64,000 bases of DNA from the human T2T-CHM13v2.0 reference genome, Homo sapiens: the NCBI RefSeq assembly GCF_009914755.1, contig NC_060945.1; one strand, given 5' to 3'. The notes under the pieces were generated by a model. The model saw only the letters and a program-made list of their open reading frames with translations. It was not told the DNA's origin and searched no databases. The translations under genes and the position numbers were made by a program. Positions 30,189 through 47,389 of the stretch are shown here, in pieces (positions within the stretch are counted from its first letter, which is position 1; the number at the start of each line of letters is the position of its first letter).

Positions 30189-31619
30189 TGAGAGGTGGCA
30201 GCGTGCTGGCAGTCCTCCCAGCCCTCGCTCGCTCTTGGTGCCTCCTCTGCCTGGGCTCCCACTTTGGCGGCACTTGAGGAGGCCTTTGGCCCACCGCTGC
30301 ACTGTGGGAGCCCCTTTCTGGCCTGGCCAAGGCCAGAGCCGGCCCCCTCAGCTTGCAGGGAGGTGTGGAGGGAGAGGCGTGAGCGGGAACCCGGGCTGCG
30401 CGGGGCGCTTGCGGGCCAGCTGGAGTTCCGGGTGGGCGTGGGCTTGGCGGGCCCCGCACGTGGAGCAGCCGGCCGGCCCTGCCGGCCCCGGGGAATGAGG
30501 GACTTAGCACCCGGGCCAGCAGCTGCGGAGGGTGTACTGGGTCCCCAGCAGTGCCAGCCCACCGGCGCTGCGCTCGATTTCTCACCGGGCCTTAGCTGCC
30601 TTCCCGCGGGTCAGGGCTTGGGACCTGCAGCCCGCCATGCCTGAGCCTTCCCCCGCCTCCGTGGGCTCCTGTGCGGCCCAAACCTCCTCGACGAGCGCCA
30701 CACCCTACTCCACAGCGCCCAGTCCCATCGACCACCCAAGGGCTGAGGAGTGCGGGTGCAAGGCGCGGGACTGGCAGGCAGCTCCACCTGCAGCCCCAGT
30801 GTGGGATCCACTGGGTGAAGCCAGCTGGGCTCCTGAGTCTGGTGGGGACGTGGAGAACCTTTATGTCTACCTCAGGGATTGTAAATACACCAGTTGGCAC
30901 TCCGTATCTAGCTCAAAGTTTGTAAACACACCAATCAGCACCCTGTGTCTAGCTCAGGGTTTGTGAATGCACCAATCCACACTCTGTATCTAGCTACTCT
31001 GGTGGGGCCTTGGAGAACCTTTGTGTCCACACTCTGTATCTAACTAATCTGGGGGGGATATGGAGAATCTTTGTGTCTAGCTCAGGGATTATAAGCGCAC
31101 CAATCAGCACCCTGTCAAAACAGACCACTCAGCTCTTCCAATCAGCAGGACGTGGGTGGGGCCAGATAAGAGAATAAAAGCAGGCTGCCCGAGCCAGCAG
31201 TGGCAACCGGCTGGGGTCCCCTTCCACACTGTGGAAGCTTTGTTCTTTCGCTCTTTGCAATAAATCTTGCTACTGTTCACTCTTTGGGTCCACACTGCTT
31301 TTATGAGCTGTAACACTGACCGCGAAGATCTGCAGCTTCACTCCTGAGCCCAACGAGAGACCACCAGCCCACCGGGAGGAACGAACGACTCCAGAAGCGC
31401 CACCTTAAGAGCCGTAACACTCACCGCGAAGGTCTGCAGCTTCACTCCTGAGCCAGCGAGACCACGAACCCACCAGAAGGAAGAAATTCCGAACACATCC
31501 GAACATCAGAAGGAACAAACTCCAGACGCGCCACCTTAAGAGCTGTAGCACTCACCGCGAGGGTCCGCGGCTTCATTCTTGAAGTCAGTGAGACCAATAA
31601 CCCACCAATTCCGGACACA
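30189..31619 (+). mobile_element. LTR12C-like (HERV9) solo LTR, CpG-rich, with tandem CCAAT boxes and a GATA/AATAAA promoter
   Basis: TGAGAGGTG...CCGGACACA, perfect 4-bp TSD TCAT, repeated caccaatc, gccagataagagaataaaag. Confidence 0.97.
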
Positions 31620-32013
31620 TCATCATCTAACTAAATTCAAGTGAGAATGAGGCTCTTTGATTATGGTTCTGGCAATGCAGACACCCTCCTCCAAATTCTG
31701 TGTCTTACAGTCTGGAGCACTACGAACTACAAAGAAAAGGTATCTGTCATGTCATACTCCCAACTTTCAATAACATGACAGGCATAGAGTAACCATGATA
31801 AAAACAAAACTTCCATTCAAATAGGAGAGCCGAGAGGGATGGAAGGCACATAGAATTCACAGGTTCATAGCAACTTTGAAATCCAGCCAGTCACGTTGAC
31901 AGTTCCTTGATTGGGACCCAAGTATGTTCCTTAGGAATGATTCGCTGCGAGGTAGGTCCCTCTGCCTGAGTCATTCTCGCATTTGTATGAGAAATCATCT
32001 GTGATTGCATCAC

Positions 32014-32015
32014 TT

Positions 32016-32050
<35 letters not shown>

Positions 32051-32330
32051 AGACGGAGTCTCACTCTATCGCCCAGGCTGGAGTGCAGTGGCGCCATCTC
32101 GGCTCACTGCAAGCTCCGCCTCCCGGGTTCATGCCATTGTCCTGCCTCAGGCCCCCCGAGTAGCTGGGACTACAGGCGCCAGCCAGGACGCCTGGCTAAT
32201 TTTTGTATTTTTAGTAGAGACGGGGTTTCGCCTTGTTAGCCAGGATGGTCTCAATCTCCTGACCTCGTGATCTGCCCATCTTGGCCTCCCAAAGTGCTGG
32301 GTTTACAGGCATGAGCCACCACGCCTGGCC
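32014..32330 (-). mobile_element. AluY-like
   Basis: Full dimer, long poly-T. Confidence 0.97.
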
Positions 32331-33004
32331 GAGCATTGATTTTATATTTGAACTCAACTAGTATTTGTACATTTACCTTTTCTCTCAGTTCTTCTGAAAA
32401 ATAGACCAGTTCTGTCCTTAGAACGTTCTTCTCATAATTTATTGTATATAGTTTATTCACAGAAATAAACTTTTCAAAATTTATTATATGTAGTTTATTC
32501 ATAGAAATAATTTCAAACTCATTTGCATAGATATACCCATAGTCAGATCCAGTAATATTTTTTATACTACAGTTCAGGCCATAGTTTTGTTAAGATTTCT
32601 GTCTCTACATATCATTAGTTATCCTTTTTCTCAGCCTACAATAACATTTTTCTCACTTTCTCCAAGTTTGCCGTAACTGCCGATTCCCAAGGCTATAACA
32701 TAAATTTAATGTTTTGTCACAGCAGCACTGAATTTCTAGTACTAAATTATTTTTCAAGCATCTAGTTTTATATGAAATAACACTGTAAAAGCAGATTACA
32801 AAAACCACAGTCGTTTAATTTATCTGTGTATATATATCTTATGGTTACCTAAGTGAGGGCAGGTTTGTTTTTTCTCACATAATTTCAGCTGGGATGGCTC
32901 AACTTGGGCTGGATGATATCCTTCCAAGTTAGCTCACAAACTGGCGAAGGTGTTCAACGGAGTTTCACAGTAGTTATAATACAAATCCAAATGAGACATC
33001 TCCA

Positions 33005-33497
33005 TGTAGGGGAAAAAAAAGTCAGCAAATAACCACAGACCTTGGACAAATTCCAATATGCTTCACTCTTACTTTGCATCCTCAGGACATTGCATTCAAA
33101 ATACAATCTTTATCTCTATTCCCCAGTGCCTCTGTAAGATAAGACAAGAAGACAACACAGAAGAGGAGAGTCCTTCTCAAGGTGCTGCTCACTCCTCAGT
33201 CCTTTAATCCAGAATTTTCTCATTCAAAACACCCAAGTAAGAGATTTCCTAACTGAGCTTTTCTTAAATTGATTTCATGAAACTATAGGTTATATTAAGT
33301 ATCCGAAATGGTATGTAATGATGTGCATTTTTTCTTCAGTGTAAATCCATGGAAAATATCTTTCTTCTGAGTAAATTCAGTGAGTTAACATATAATTAAT
33401 AAACTGCTTCCATTGCACCCATGTTTTTCCTACTCTCTTCCCTGTCCCTTCATGTCAATATTCCTTTTAAGCTTGTACCCAATTTTTCACCCTAACA
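33005..33497. mobile_element. Probable old ERV1 LTR
   Basis: tgtagggg...taaca ends; family not resolved. Confidence 0.4.
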
Positions 33498-33503
33498 CAT
33501 TAG

Positions 33504-34150
<647 letters not shown>

Positions 34151-34636
34151 AATACTGGTATTATGAGATTTTTTTCCTGTCTTCTGCAGGCCAAACTGAT
34201 ACGCCTTTTCCATACAATGCCTATGCTTCTAATAGTTCCCTTGCACGACAAAATTCAGATTTATGATTCCAAACTGCCTCAATTTTGCAATATCTTTATA
34301 TTAGTCTTTGTTTCCATGGCTTATACCTGGACTCTGCCTTTTTGTTTGTTTCTTCCAATCTGTTAATCCTTTAGATGACATTCTGATACTTTAAATTTAA
34401 ATGTTAGTAATACTGATCTGGTCACTATATCTACAATTCCTCCATTTTTCTAGTGTTTTCAATATTTTTGTTATTTAACTAGTATTTGAATATACAATTG
34501 GCACAATAATGACATTGGATAAATGTCTGTTCACTGAATGAATTGGTAGATATTTCATCTTCCAAACTAAACTAGAAGTCAATGGTCAGAAAACACTAAA
34601 TGTTGTTGGACTAAATCAAAGTAAATAAATGAACAG

Positions 34637-34682
<46 letters not shown>

Positions 34683-34904
34683 TGAAAAAGAGAAGGAAAG
34701 AGAGAGAAAGAGAGAGAAAAGAGGTAAAGTGACAGTGTCCTTAAAACCTGGCGAGATGCTTTAAATTTCTAAATGACCAGCTTTCTCCTAGAAAAAACAT
34801 TAAACCCTAGAAGAGTTTGATTCAACAGTTTGCTCCTTTTCTAAGACATTTAGATAGGAAAGTTTTCATATGCAGCTGTTTTATTTTTAACCTTTGATTA
34901 TTAC

Positions 34905-35091
34905 CATTTTAAATGTTAACTCTTGTTCCAACATTGGCCACAATTTTCTGGTCACCTTTATGTCTAATTTATTAGAATTCCTTCCTTGTTTTCCTGACCC
35001 TTTTCAGGATTTATATTTCAAAATTTGATCATTTTCTATCTCTGAAGTTTGACATTGCTAATATTAAGCCTTAAAATTAACCTTTAAGTAC
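34905..35091 (-). pseudogene. Possible exon
   Basis: cttcttag acceptor, ATG|gtaata donor; ..SNKLDIKVTRKLWPMLEQE.. shows weak P-Rex-like similarity. Confidence 0.35.
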
Positions 35092-35136
35092 CTAAGAAGT
35101 TTTTAATATTTGCTTTACTTTCTAAATATAAATTAC

Positions 35137-35507
35137 TGTCTTAGCTTGGGATGCTATAACGAAATACTATATACTGTGTGGCTTAAACAACACAAATTTA
35201 TTTCTCAGTTCTGGAAGCCAGGAAGTTCAAGATCAAGATGCCAAAACGTTTGATTTCTGGTGAAGGCTCACTTCCTGATTTGTAGACAACTGTCTTCTCA
35301 CTGTATTCTCACATGGCATAGAAAGCTGAGAGCTCTGGTCTCTTCCTCTTTTCAGAAGGACTCTAATTTCATCACAGCAGCTTTATCCTCATGGCTTTAT
35401 CTATGCCTAATAACCTCCAAAAACCCCTCCTGCAAATACCAACACATCAAGGGTTAGGACTTCAACATACACATGTTGACCAGAGAAACAAACATTTAGC
35501 CTATAAC
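35137..35507 (-). mobile_element. MLT1A/B MaLR LTR
   Basis: tgtcttagcttgggatgctataac...gcctataaca. Confidence 0.85.
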
Positions 35508-35580
35508 AATGATTTGGATTTATTTATGGAGAAGGAAGCTATAGAAGAATAACTAAAATGCATAAAGGCAAATTGAATGT

Positions 35581-36025
35581 TCAAAGGGTAAGCATGGGTC
35601 TGATTGTTAATATCACTATTAGCTCAGCTACAAATGAGCATCTGGAGCAATAGCATCTCTCTAGGTTTGAAGAGGTGAGCGGCGGTGCCTCAGCGATCTC
35701 CTCTGCAGCATAGGAAATGATGGCTGTTTCTTTCCGCTGGAAGCATGGCCACGAAAGCCCTCCTCTGAAAGTGCTCTTGCTGTACTGACTTTGCTTGTCA
35801 ACAATGTGGCACTCCTCACTTAACAGACACTCCCTACATCAGTATTGGGTGTCCTCTGAAGGAAAACTGAATCTTCCCCACCTCACTTTCCTCTTTATGC
35901 CATAACTGAGTTCCGGAATGTGAAAGCCTACACTGCTGGATCTGCTGTGTGGACTTGACCCTGACCAGGGAGCTCCAAAAACCGGTGATGATAACATGAT
36001 GTAATTGAGAGTGAAAGGAAGGCAA
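35581..36025 (-). pseudogene. Large Ser-rich exon (3' boundary uncertain)
   Basis: Branch point ctcAc about 30 nt upstream, strong ttctcttatcctctcag acceptor. One frame has a single internal stop in about 147 codons: CLPFTLNYIMLSSPVFGAPWSGSSPHSRSSSVGF... Confidence 0.6.
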
Positions 36026-36148
36026 CTGAGAGGATAAGAGAACGTAAACAAGAGGTGAGTGTATTCCCGAGTTAGTTATGCAAAAGTGAACATCATTATA
36101 TCTTTGAAAGTTATTTGTGGGGTTTGGTCTTATCTATGAGAAATGTAC

Positions 36149-36243
36149 CTTTTCAGTGCTGAGTACAGAGTGAACCCTCAATATTTTGCTGGTAGTGGTA
36201 TAGTTGTTCTTGAATGGATCAATGAAAGCAATTGCACAAGGTA
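36149..36243 (-). pseudogene. Exon: post-PDZ region
   Basis: Polypyrimidine tract plus aacag, AAG|gtacat donor; open frame PCAIAFIDPFKNNYTTTSKILRVHSVLSTEK, compare MIEPKGFFSLTAKIL. Confidence 0.6.
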
Positions 36244-36517
36244 CTGTTTTGGAAAGAAGAAAATGAATATGCATACAGCAAATGTATAATATTTGAAAGA
36301 AAAAGAGGATAATCAATCTATTTAGTACTAATTTTGCATTTAGCACAGTTCATTGGTGACTGACAGTTTGCAATTTTTCTACTAAATGATAATGAGAAAA
36401 CACAAGTAATTTATATTTTCACCTAAACATCATATTACTTTCTGGTGTCATACGTCCTAAATCCTTTTTTTTTTTAATTTTTTTTTTACAACTTCCTGAA
36501 TGCACTGCATTTCTTAC

Positions 36518-36669
36518 ATTTAATAATGTCAAGACTTTTCTCTGTAGGGTTTACATTTGATTTTGCCACACAATAGACAATTTCTAAGGCAACATATAAT
36601 TCCAATCCATTAGGCTAATGGATTGCAGCTGCTGTGAACAGTGGGCAGGTCATTTTTCAATAATGAAGT
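36518..36669 (-). pseudogene. Exon: post-PDZ region
   Basis: tgtgttattag acceptor, AAT|gtaaga donor; NGLELYVALEIVYCVAKSNVNPTEKSLDIIK. Confidence 0.55.
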
Positions 36670-36990
36670 CTAATAACACATAAAAGATAAAGATAAATAA
36701 ACTGAAAAAAATGACATGACTCTATATATAGCTAATATAAGTGCTTGTTTCTATTTATGTAAAAATTCAGTGTTTTTTTTTTCTTTTTTTCTAGAAAATC
36801 CTACTAATTTTACATGGCTAACAGAACTTTTAAAACATGAACATCTAATACATATGAATAATTGCATTATAAAATACTCAAGAAAGTCATTAGAGTAACA
36901 GACTTTGCTTTTTATAAATCATGTTTAATCAATATTTTTATTTCCCTCTTTTCAATTTCTATGTGTAATAAATCTATTGTAATTACTCAC

Positions 36991-37184
36991 CTTCACTTAT
37001 TTATCACACTAGTTGTTATAGATTTTGCTTCTCCAAAGGAGCAAAGCTCCAATTTGCTACCAAATTGGCAAAGCTGTCTGGTGGAACAATCTGTTCACAA
37101 GAAGAGTGAGACCTGATACCACAGCAACGCTGCCAGAAGTTCATGATTTTAACTTTGACGGTTTTCTGTCTTCTGTCTGTCTTT
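36991..37184 (-). pseudogene. Exon: PDZ1 end and PDZ2 start
   Basis: tacttttctcag acceptor, consensus AAG|gtgagt donor; GLTLLV / [17 protein letters not shown], compare P-Rex PLRLLV...IPDSADGLGFQIRGFGP. Confidence 0.7.
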
Positions 37185-37205
37185 CTGAGAAAAGTATATT
37201 GTTTT

Positions 37206-37559
<354 letters not shown>

Positions 37560-37594
37560 TTAAAAAATGACAAGTTATATATTTATTATTATAC

Positions 37595-37634
37595 CTGACT
37601 GTTCTGATCTGAAAACTGAAATCCCCCACCTTGG
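37595..37634 (-). pseudogene. 40-bp exon, PDZ1
   Basis: Strong tttcctttttattcttcag acceptor, CAG|gtataa donor; in phase with the previous exon: (S)QGGGFQFSDQNSQ. Confidence 0.55.
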
Positions 37635-37989
37635 CTGAAGAATAAAAAGGAAATGCAAAGTACTAAACCCACTGGTTTCAGACCCATATGTTTATATGGG
37701 TTCCCAATCAACCATATATTCATTAAAACTGCCTTTCTTAAAATAAATATTCTTCCCCCTTTTTCTATAAAACGTGGCTCTGCCTTCATCGTTGTTAAAA
37801 TGTATTCCATGGTAGTAGGTAAGTGAAAGTGTCTATGTCTTCGTATATAGTAAATGTCTACACTATTTCCATTGTTTATTCTGAGAGGTTTTGTTCTAAA
37901 CTTATGTTTTTATTCTTCATCAATATCAATTTATATCAATATATTTTTGTATTGTTAATGGAAAAGAAATATACTACTCTGGATGTTTA

Positions 37990-38125
37990 CATATATATCA
38001 CATTACATATCACCATATTACATATGGTGTGTGTATATATATACACACACAACATATATGTGGAGGGTGTGTATATATATATATATATATATACACACAC
38101 ATATATAAAATACCACATGTGGAGA

Positions 38126-38171
<46 letters not shown>

Positions 38172-38310
38172 TATATGGAGAGAGAGAGAAGGAGACAGTC
38201 GGAGAGAGAGAGAAGGAGACAGTCAGAGAGAAAGAAAGGGGACAAGTCAAGAGCAGAAAAGAGAAAAGAGAAAGAAAAGGAAGAAGAAAGGTTGGGGGAG
38301 AGAAGAAAGG
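37990..38310 (+). repeat. (TA)n/(CA)n and GA-rich simple repeats
   Basis: Direct inspection. Confidence 0.95.
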
Positions 38311-38479
38311 ATAAGTACTACAGACCTCGAGTTACACAGAATGTTTAATATATATACTTGGTAGGATTTGCACACACATGCACACACACCCAGACACGAG
38401 CACACAAGATTCCTAGAGTCGAGAGGAAGGATGTGAGAAAATACAGTTAGTAAAGCCCAACTAGGAATAGAGTATTAGC

Positions 38480-39660
38480 AACATCTATCTTCCTTAAAGA
38501 AATGGAGGTAGAAGAGTGAGATGGGGTATTTTGGAAAATACGAGATGTCTTTATTCTGTGGAAGTGCTGAGATGCCATTATATGAGGATTTTAGTGCGCC
38601 CTCCCCACCAGAATTTATGGTGACATGGAGGCTCCAAGGGAGAGAGGGGTTTGGATCTCTCCATACTATAAGAAGAATTAAAATTAATAACAGAAATGTG
38701 TCTCTATCACCACCTAGAAGGGGAGTGCTGAGGGTGGTGTGAGTGTGAGAAGCCTGAAAAAGAGTTTCTATGAATTGCAGATGCTGCTGAGAACTGCTGG
38801 ACCAGCTTCCCTCCTCAGCCAGTCTGAGTGGCCAACACATTGTTGGGGCTCATGCTAGTTCCCACAGAGGGAGCATGTGTAGGTCTGAGGGGACAGCACA
38901 GCTGCATGCTGGCCAGCAGCAGGGGTGACAGGAGTGGCAGCATCAGGGCAGAGAGCTCAGGTAGAGCCCGCGTGGTCAGCTGCCTGGCTAGAGAGTACAG
39001 GTGACCCACATGGAGGGTGTTGCCTGCAGCAGCTCTTGGGTGTGAAGGAGACTAGCCCATCACACTCCATAGGCAAGAGGTCAGAAATGATCTCGTCCTT
39101 GGGGGACAGATTTTAGGGAGGGAAGCCAATGAGGAGAGCTCTTATTTATATTTTCTCCCTGGGTGTTCCCCTGGTGCTACATATCAGAAAAGAAAGACCC
39201 CCAAGTGGTCAGACAGAAAAGACCCTCAGAGTGTTTTCAACTTCTTCCAAGTGCACATGGGAGGAAGGTGCAGGTGAAAATGCTGGGCGCTTGAGAAGCA
39301 AGGATTTAAGACCATACTTTGGCTTAATCTATGGCTGGTCCTCCTCACTCTGAAGTTCATGTACAGTTACTCAGAGCAAATGGGAGGTCACTGGGAACAA
39401 CATCTGAAGATGAAGCAGCCCAGGACCTGCCCAAATCCAGGGACAACATCTACATGGGCCCATGAGTATGCAGGACGGTGGGGGTGAAGTCCAGTGTTCA
39501 AGAGGATAGCATTATTTGGCCCCACCCTGCAACTTCTAAGGAGGGCCCTGTTACAATCACAGCATTTTCCTGGAACTCTTTCAGGAGTGTAAATAATGTG
39601 TATTGGGAACATGAGGCTTTCTTTCAATAAGCTTGTCTAGAGATGTTGGGCTGTCACAGT
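38480..39660. mobile_element. Probable ancient LTR-derived sequence (ERVL/Gypsy-type)
   Basis: GC-richer block with LTR-like composition, ending ..gctgtcaca; family unresolved. Confidence 0.4.
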
Positions 39661-39830
39661 AGATAGAATGGCTAGAAAATGGATTGAAATTTTTACTCTT
39701 CATCTGAATAGTTTGACAGCCTACAGACATATGTAATGTTAACCATATGTCATCGCCTTCAAATTCTTTTCAAAATTGCAAAGACGGTATTATTTTAATT
39801 GTGTGAACTAATTTTTAAAGAGCCAATTAC

Positions 39831-39941
39831 CTGATTTTTTTTAAATGGCATCTGTATGTACCAGCTAACCTTGCCTAAAGAATTTTAAATTATTTTATAG
39901 CTTGAGACCATCTTATACTGTAAAAATTTGAAATCTCCTTC
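39831..39941 (-). pseudogene. Exon: PDZ1
   Basis: tttttctag acceptor, CAG|gtaatt donor; 111 bp, phase 2-2; NSL/ARLAG, compare GSLAEVAG. Confidence 0.6.
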
Positions 39942-40033
39942 CTAGAAAAACATTTCAAAATAGACTCTCTTAAATGTAGACATTCAATGACATCTAAAGT
40001 AAATGGTATTTTAAATTTAGCTAAATAGAGTAC

Positions 40034-40148
40034 TTTAGATTATAACATCCTCTTTCCCGCACATCTGTCTCAAGTATAACTGTTAAGATTTTGCTAATAC
40101 AAACAACTGTGAATGACCTTCTATTAGCAGAAATCAACTTGCAATAAG
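40034..40148 (-). pseudogene. Exon: linker and start of PDZ1
   Basis: tcttatag acceptor; fully open frame YCKLISANRRSFTVVCISKILTVILETDVRERGCYNL, compare P-Rex DFKLVENILAKRLLI...YGFDI. Confidence 0.6.
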
Positions 40149-40319
40149 CTATAAGATAGTACTATAAATTAGTATGATTTGTGGTTATTGTCATTCTTTT
40201 TCTAAGGCCTTACAAGACGAGGTTAAAAGTGGGATTGAATTTGGAGAAGCGTTTCTAGGAAGGGGAACTGGTGAGGGGGCCCCTTATCCAGTTTCCTACC
40301 TGGGACATACTAAATATTA

Positions 40320-41350
40320 ATAGTTGTGAGCATCTTTTCATGTGCTTATTGGCTACTTGTATAATCTTCTTGGAAGAAGTGTCTATTTAAATCATTTTAC
40401 ATATTATAAAATTTACCATTTTAAAGTATGCAATTCAAGGGTGTTATAGTATACTCACAGTTGTGTAGCCATCATCACAATCTAATTTTAGATTATTTTC
40501 ACCACTCCAGAAAGAAATCCATTAGCAGTTTCCTCCTCCCATCCTCTCCTCCCTCCAGTTCCTGACGAGCACCAATCTACTTCCAGTCCCTATGAATTTA
40601 TCTATTATGGCCATTCCACATGAATAGAATCTCACAATATGTGGCCTTTTGTAAAAATTTACTTCACTTAGGTTAATGTTTTCAAGATTAATCTATGTTC
40701 TAGCAGGTAACATTTTTCATTGAGGAATAATATCCAATTTGATACATATACCACATTTTGTTTATCTATTCATCAGCTAATGGACATTTGGATTGTTTCA
40801 ATTTTTTGGCTGTTATGAGTATCATGTACAAGTTTATGTGTGGACATATTTTTATTTCTCTTAGGTATATTCCAAGGAGCAGAATTGCTGAGTCATATGG
40901 TTTACCCTTTAGGGAAACTTCCAAACTATTTTTCAAAGTGAGTGTAACATTGTAAAATTCCACCAAATGATGTCTGAAGTTCCAGTATCTCCACATTTTC
41001 AACACTTATTATTGTGTTTTCCTAAAATATATTTTAGCTACTTTCGTGGGTATAAAGCAGTAATCTAATGGTTTGGGTTTGCATTTTCCTGAAAATGAAT
41101 GCAATTGACATCTTTTTAAGTAAATACTTGTCCATGTGGATATCTTCTTTCTGGTAATATTTATTCAAATTCTTTTAACTGTTTTTTAATTCTATTTTTC
41201 CATCTTTTAATTGTTGAGTAATGAGTTCTTTATATTCTGGATAGTAAACCCTTATTCCAAAGGGTGCTTGCTTTAGTCAAACTCTTTTCCTTTATCTACT
41301 GAGGTTATCAGATATTTTTGTCCTTTATTCTGTTAATACAGGATATAGAT
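40320..41350 (-). mobile_element. L1M 3' fragments
   Basis: Typical L1 antisense 3' sequence. Confidence 0.85.
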
Positions 41351-41761
41351 TGTTTTTAATTGAATCAGCATTGTTACATCATAGTCTTTTCTTATATACC
41401 ATTTATCTTAAAATCAAAGAAGAGAAACCTGGGGGAAAATGCCCTCAAGGCAAAAAGTATCTGTCCATCTAACTCAATACAGCATTATCCCAGGATAATC
41501 TATATACTTTATTTATTCAAACAAATGATATTTATTCCCTAATACGTACCAGGGGATAAGGAAATCTAAAGGCATAACATTTTTCTCTGGGATTTCACAA
41601 TGACAAAGGAAGAAAAATGACAATTGTGGCACAATTCTTGTCATTTAAACATGATTTAAACATTACACATCTAGAAAATGCATTCTGAAAATTCTAGCGA
41701 AAAAATTTGTAAATTTGTCTTTTTTCTTCTTCTTAGTTTGTTTAAAAAGTATAGTTTATGA

Positions 41762-42099
<338 letters not shown>

Positions 42100-42139
42100 T
42101 TATGGTCCCTTAGAATCTTGAGGAAAATCTAAGAAAATA

Positions 42140-42236
42140 GAACTAATATGGTAGTACGTATCTTCTTCCATGATAAACTTTATCAGAGTAACTCAAATAC
42201 AAACCATAGAATAGCAACTAAGCTGTTTTTTTCCAT
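42140..42236 (-). pseudogene. Probable DEP2 C-terminal exon remnant
   Basis: LLFYGLYL / VTLIKFIMEEDTYYHIS, DEP-end-like. Acceptor side abuts an ERVL LTR; boundaries approximate. Confidence 0.4.
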
Positions 42237-42241
42237 TCTCT

Positions 42242-42560
42242 TGTTGAAGTGGTTTGAGTCCTTAGCTGGCACCATGATGGATTGGAATTGCAAGAGGGGG
42301 AAACATCGAGGAAGGAGAAAGGAAAGAGGTAGCTGGGAGTTAGGGAGAGCCTTTAGACAGGAGAGAAAGTCTTAACAAGGACAACATGTGAAAGGAGGGA
42401 GGTAAAAATGGAGATTCATAGAAAAAGATTTCAATGGTAGTGCAGCTCTGAAAATGGAAAGTCTAGAGAAAAGACAGTCTATTAGCATAATTCACTGTTG
42501 AGTAGGAGTGACCAAGATTTAGTAACACTTTTATGCTCAACTATTGTCTGGGAGCAAGTA
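42242..42560 (-). mobile_element. ERVL LTR16/LTR33-family fragment
   Basis: agggagagcctt..catgtgaaagga..gtgcagctctgaaaa..tgggagca motifs. Confidence 0.6.
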
Positions 42561-42589
42561 TAGTCCAAAATTAAGTATCTTCTAACATA

Positions 42590-45720
<3,131 letters not shown>

Positions 45721-46099
45721 AACATCTATAGCACACAGCATCAAGTTCCACCGGCTTTAGTGGATATGCCTAAATTGTTTCCCAATCTTACCACCTACAA
45801 TTTCATCGACTCTCCAAAACTATCTTGTGAAGTGGAAAGAGAATGGATTTTTTAGTCCACTTTATATTTAGAAAACAACAAAAAAAAATGAATCTTTAAT
45901 GAATCATTAAGATGAATCAGGACATATTAGTAATATGGAAAACTGGAATTAAATCTGAAGATGTGGCAATCTTGTACTTAAAATAATAGTGCAGTAGCAG
46001 CTGTAGAGATTGAGTTGCTGTTGCAGCAGCATAATTGATATCAACATGTCTTAGACATGAATATAATGTAAATATTGCTAATTCTCTATTTTAGCATAC

Positions 46100-46370
46100 C
46101 CTGGAATTATCTTTTTGTGTCATATAGAAGCAATGCAGTAGAGAGCAACCAATCCACCATGATTGTTTCCTGGCATATTTTCTTTAATCATTATCACATA
46201 GCCAGCGGATTTATTTCGACCATAATAGCAGATGATTTATTATTTTGAGGCTACAGAATGAGACAGCTGAAAGGGGGTTTTGAAATGGAAATTGTGACAT
46301 TTACTGTGGGAGCAATGATCTTATACAGAAGCCAGGTGGTGACTGTTTACCATTCAGACAGATGGAGGTC
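46100..46370 (-). pseudogene. Exon: DEP1 end and DEP2 start
   Basis: ctgcag acceptor, AGG|gtatgc donor. With one frameshift it reads IKENMPG/TIMVDWLLSTA, versus P-Rex DEP2 YKSVLPGSKLVDWLLAQG. Confidence 0.7.
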
Positions 46371-47389
46371 CTGCAGTAGAGTTATTTGTGTGTGTGTGTG
46401 TGTGTGCTTATTTTTTTTCTGTTAGAAAAATTAGCTTAAATAATTCAAGTTTCTTTTTTTCTTCCTTGCTAGACTGGTGCACTGTGCAAAACGAAGTATT
46501 AAAAGACTTTTTCTACTGAGCAAAATGCAGTTTTGTGTATGTCGATTTCCTTTTGTGTCACCGCAATTGTTTTAGCCATTTCAAGTTTTCATAACACTGT
46601 AGTGACCAGTTAACATGACCAAATGGTAGTAAGGATCCCATGCAACTATAATTATAAAGATCTATGACAATAATACAATAAACATTTGTCTCAGGAGAAT
46701 TGCCTAAATTGACTTTCTATGTATCTTTCAGACAGTATGAACATTAAAACAATAATATTAATATTTCTTAAACATTCGGCCTATTTGCTTAGAAATTTTA
46801 TAGCAAGCCCTACTGCTAAATATTGAATTGAAGAGGTCTTCGCATGTTATAGCCAAATTTACTCTTTGAAGTGTGCGTTAACACTCATTTTGTTAGTTTT
46901 TGCGTGTATACCCTGTAGTTATATTCTGAAAAAAAGGTAGATGAATGAAAGTAATAGATAGCTGTTGCTCATACATTTTAATTATGTGAATTATAAGTTT
47001 TGATTGTCCACATACAATGTCAGTACTAGAAGGAAACTTTGATTCATCTAATCTAACCAATGTGGTCAAATAAAGCTAAGGATAATGTCATAGATTACGA
47101 CTTCACTTATTCCATGAAAGTCTAGACTCCACAATCTGATAACCTACACATTTCTAATTTATCAGGCAAATCTGAATAAAAGCCATCATAATGTATGTTT
47201 GGCCAAGAGATTGTGATGTGGTCAGAAACTGCCTTGGGGTGTACCACAGTCAGCTCATCTGACAGAAAAGACGCCTGTTCTTGGCCAAAAATTAAAGAAG
47301 CATTATATCCTTAAAATTTATGGAATCGTCTTCCTTAACCCAATTGAAAACATAGCTCCTAGATGCATTTTAAAAAAAGGTAATTTTAT

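Noticed and set aside
30037-30966. Overlapping 100-155 aa GC-rich ORFs and an apparent CpG island
   Set aside because: Mostly within the LTR12C element and adjacent simple repeat
33073-33131. 59-bp minus-strand exon-like segment
   Set aside because: Lies in probable LTR sequence and out of order relative to its best motif match
46170-46259. Plus-strand Kozak ATG with a 29-aa ORF
   Set aside because: Antisense to the DEP exon; no independent support
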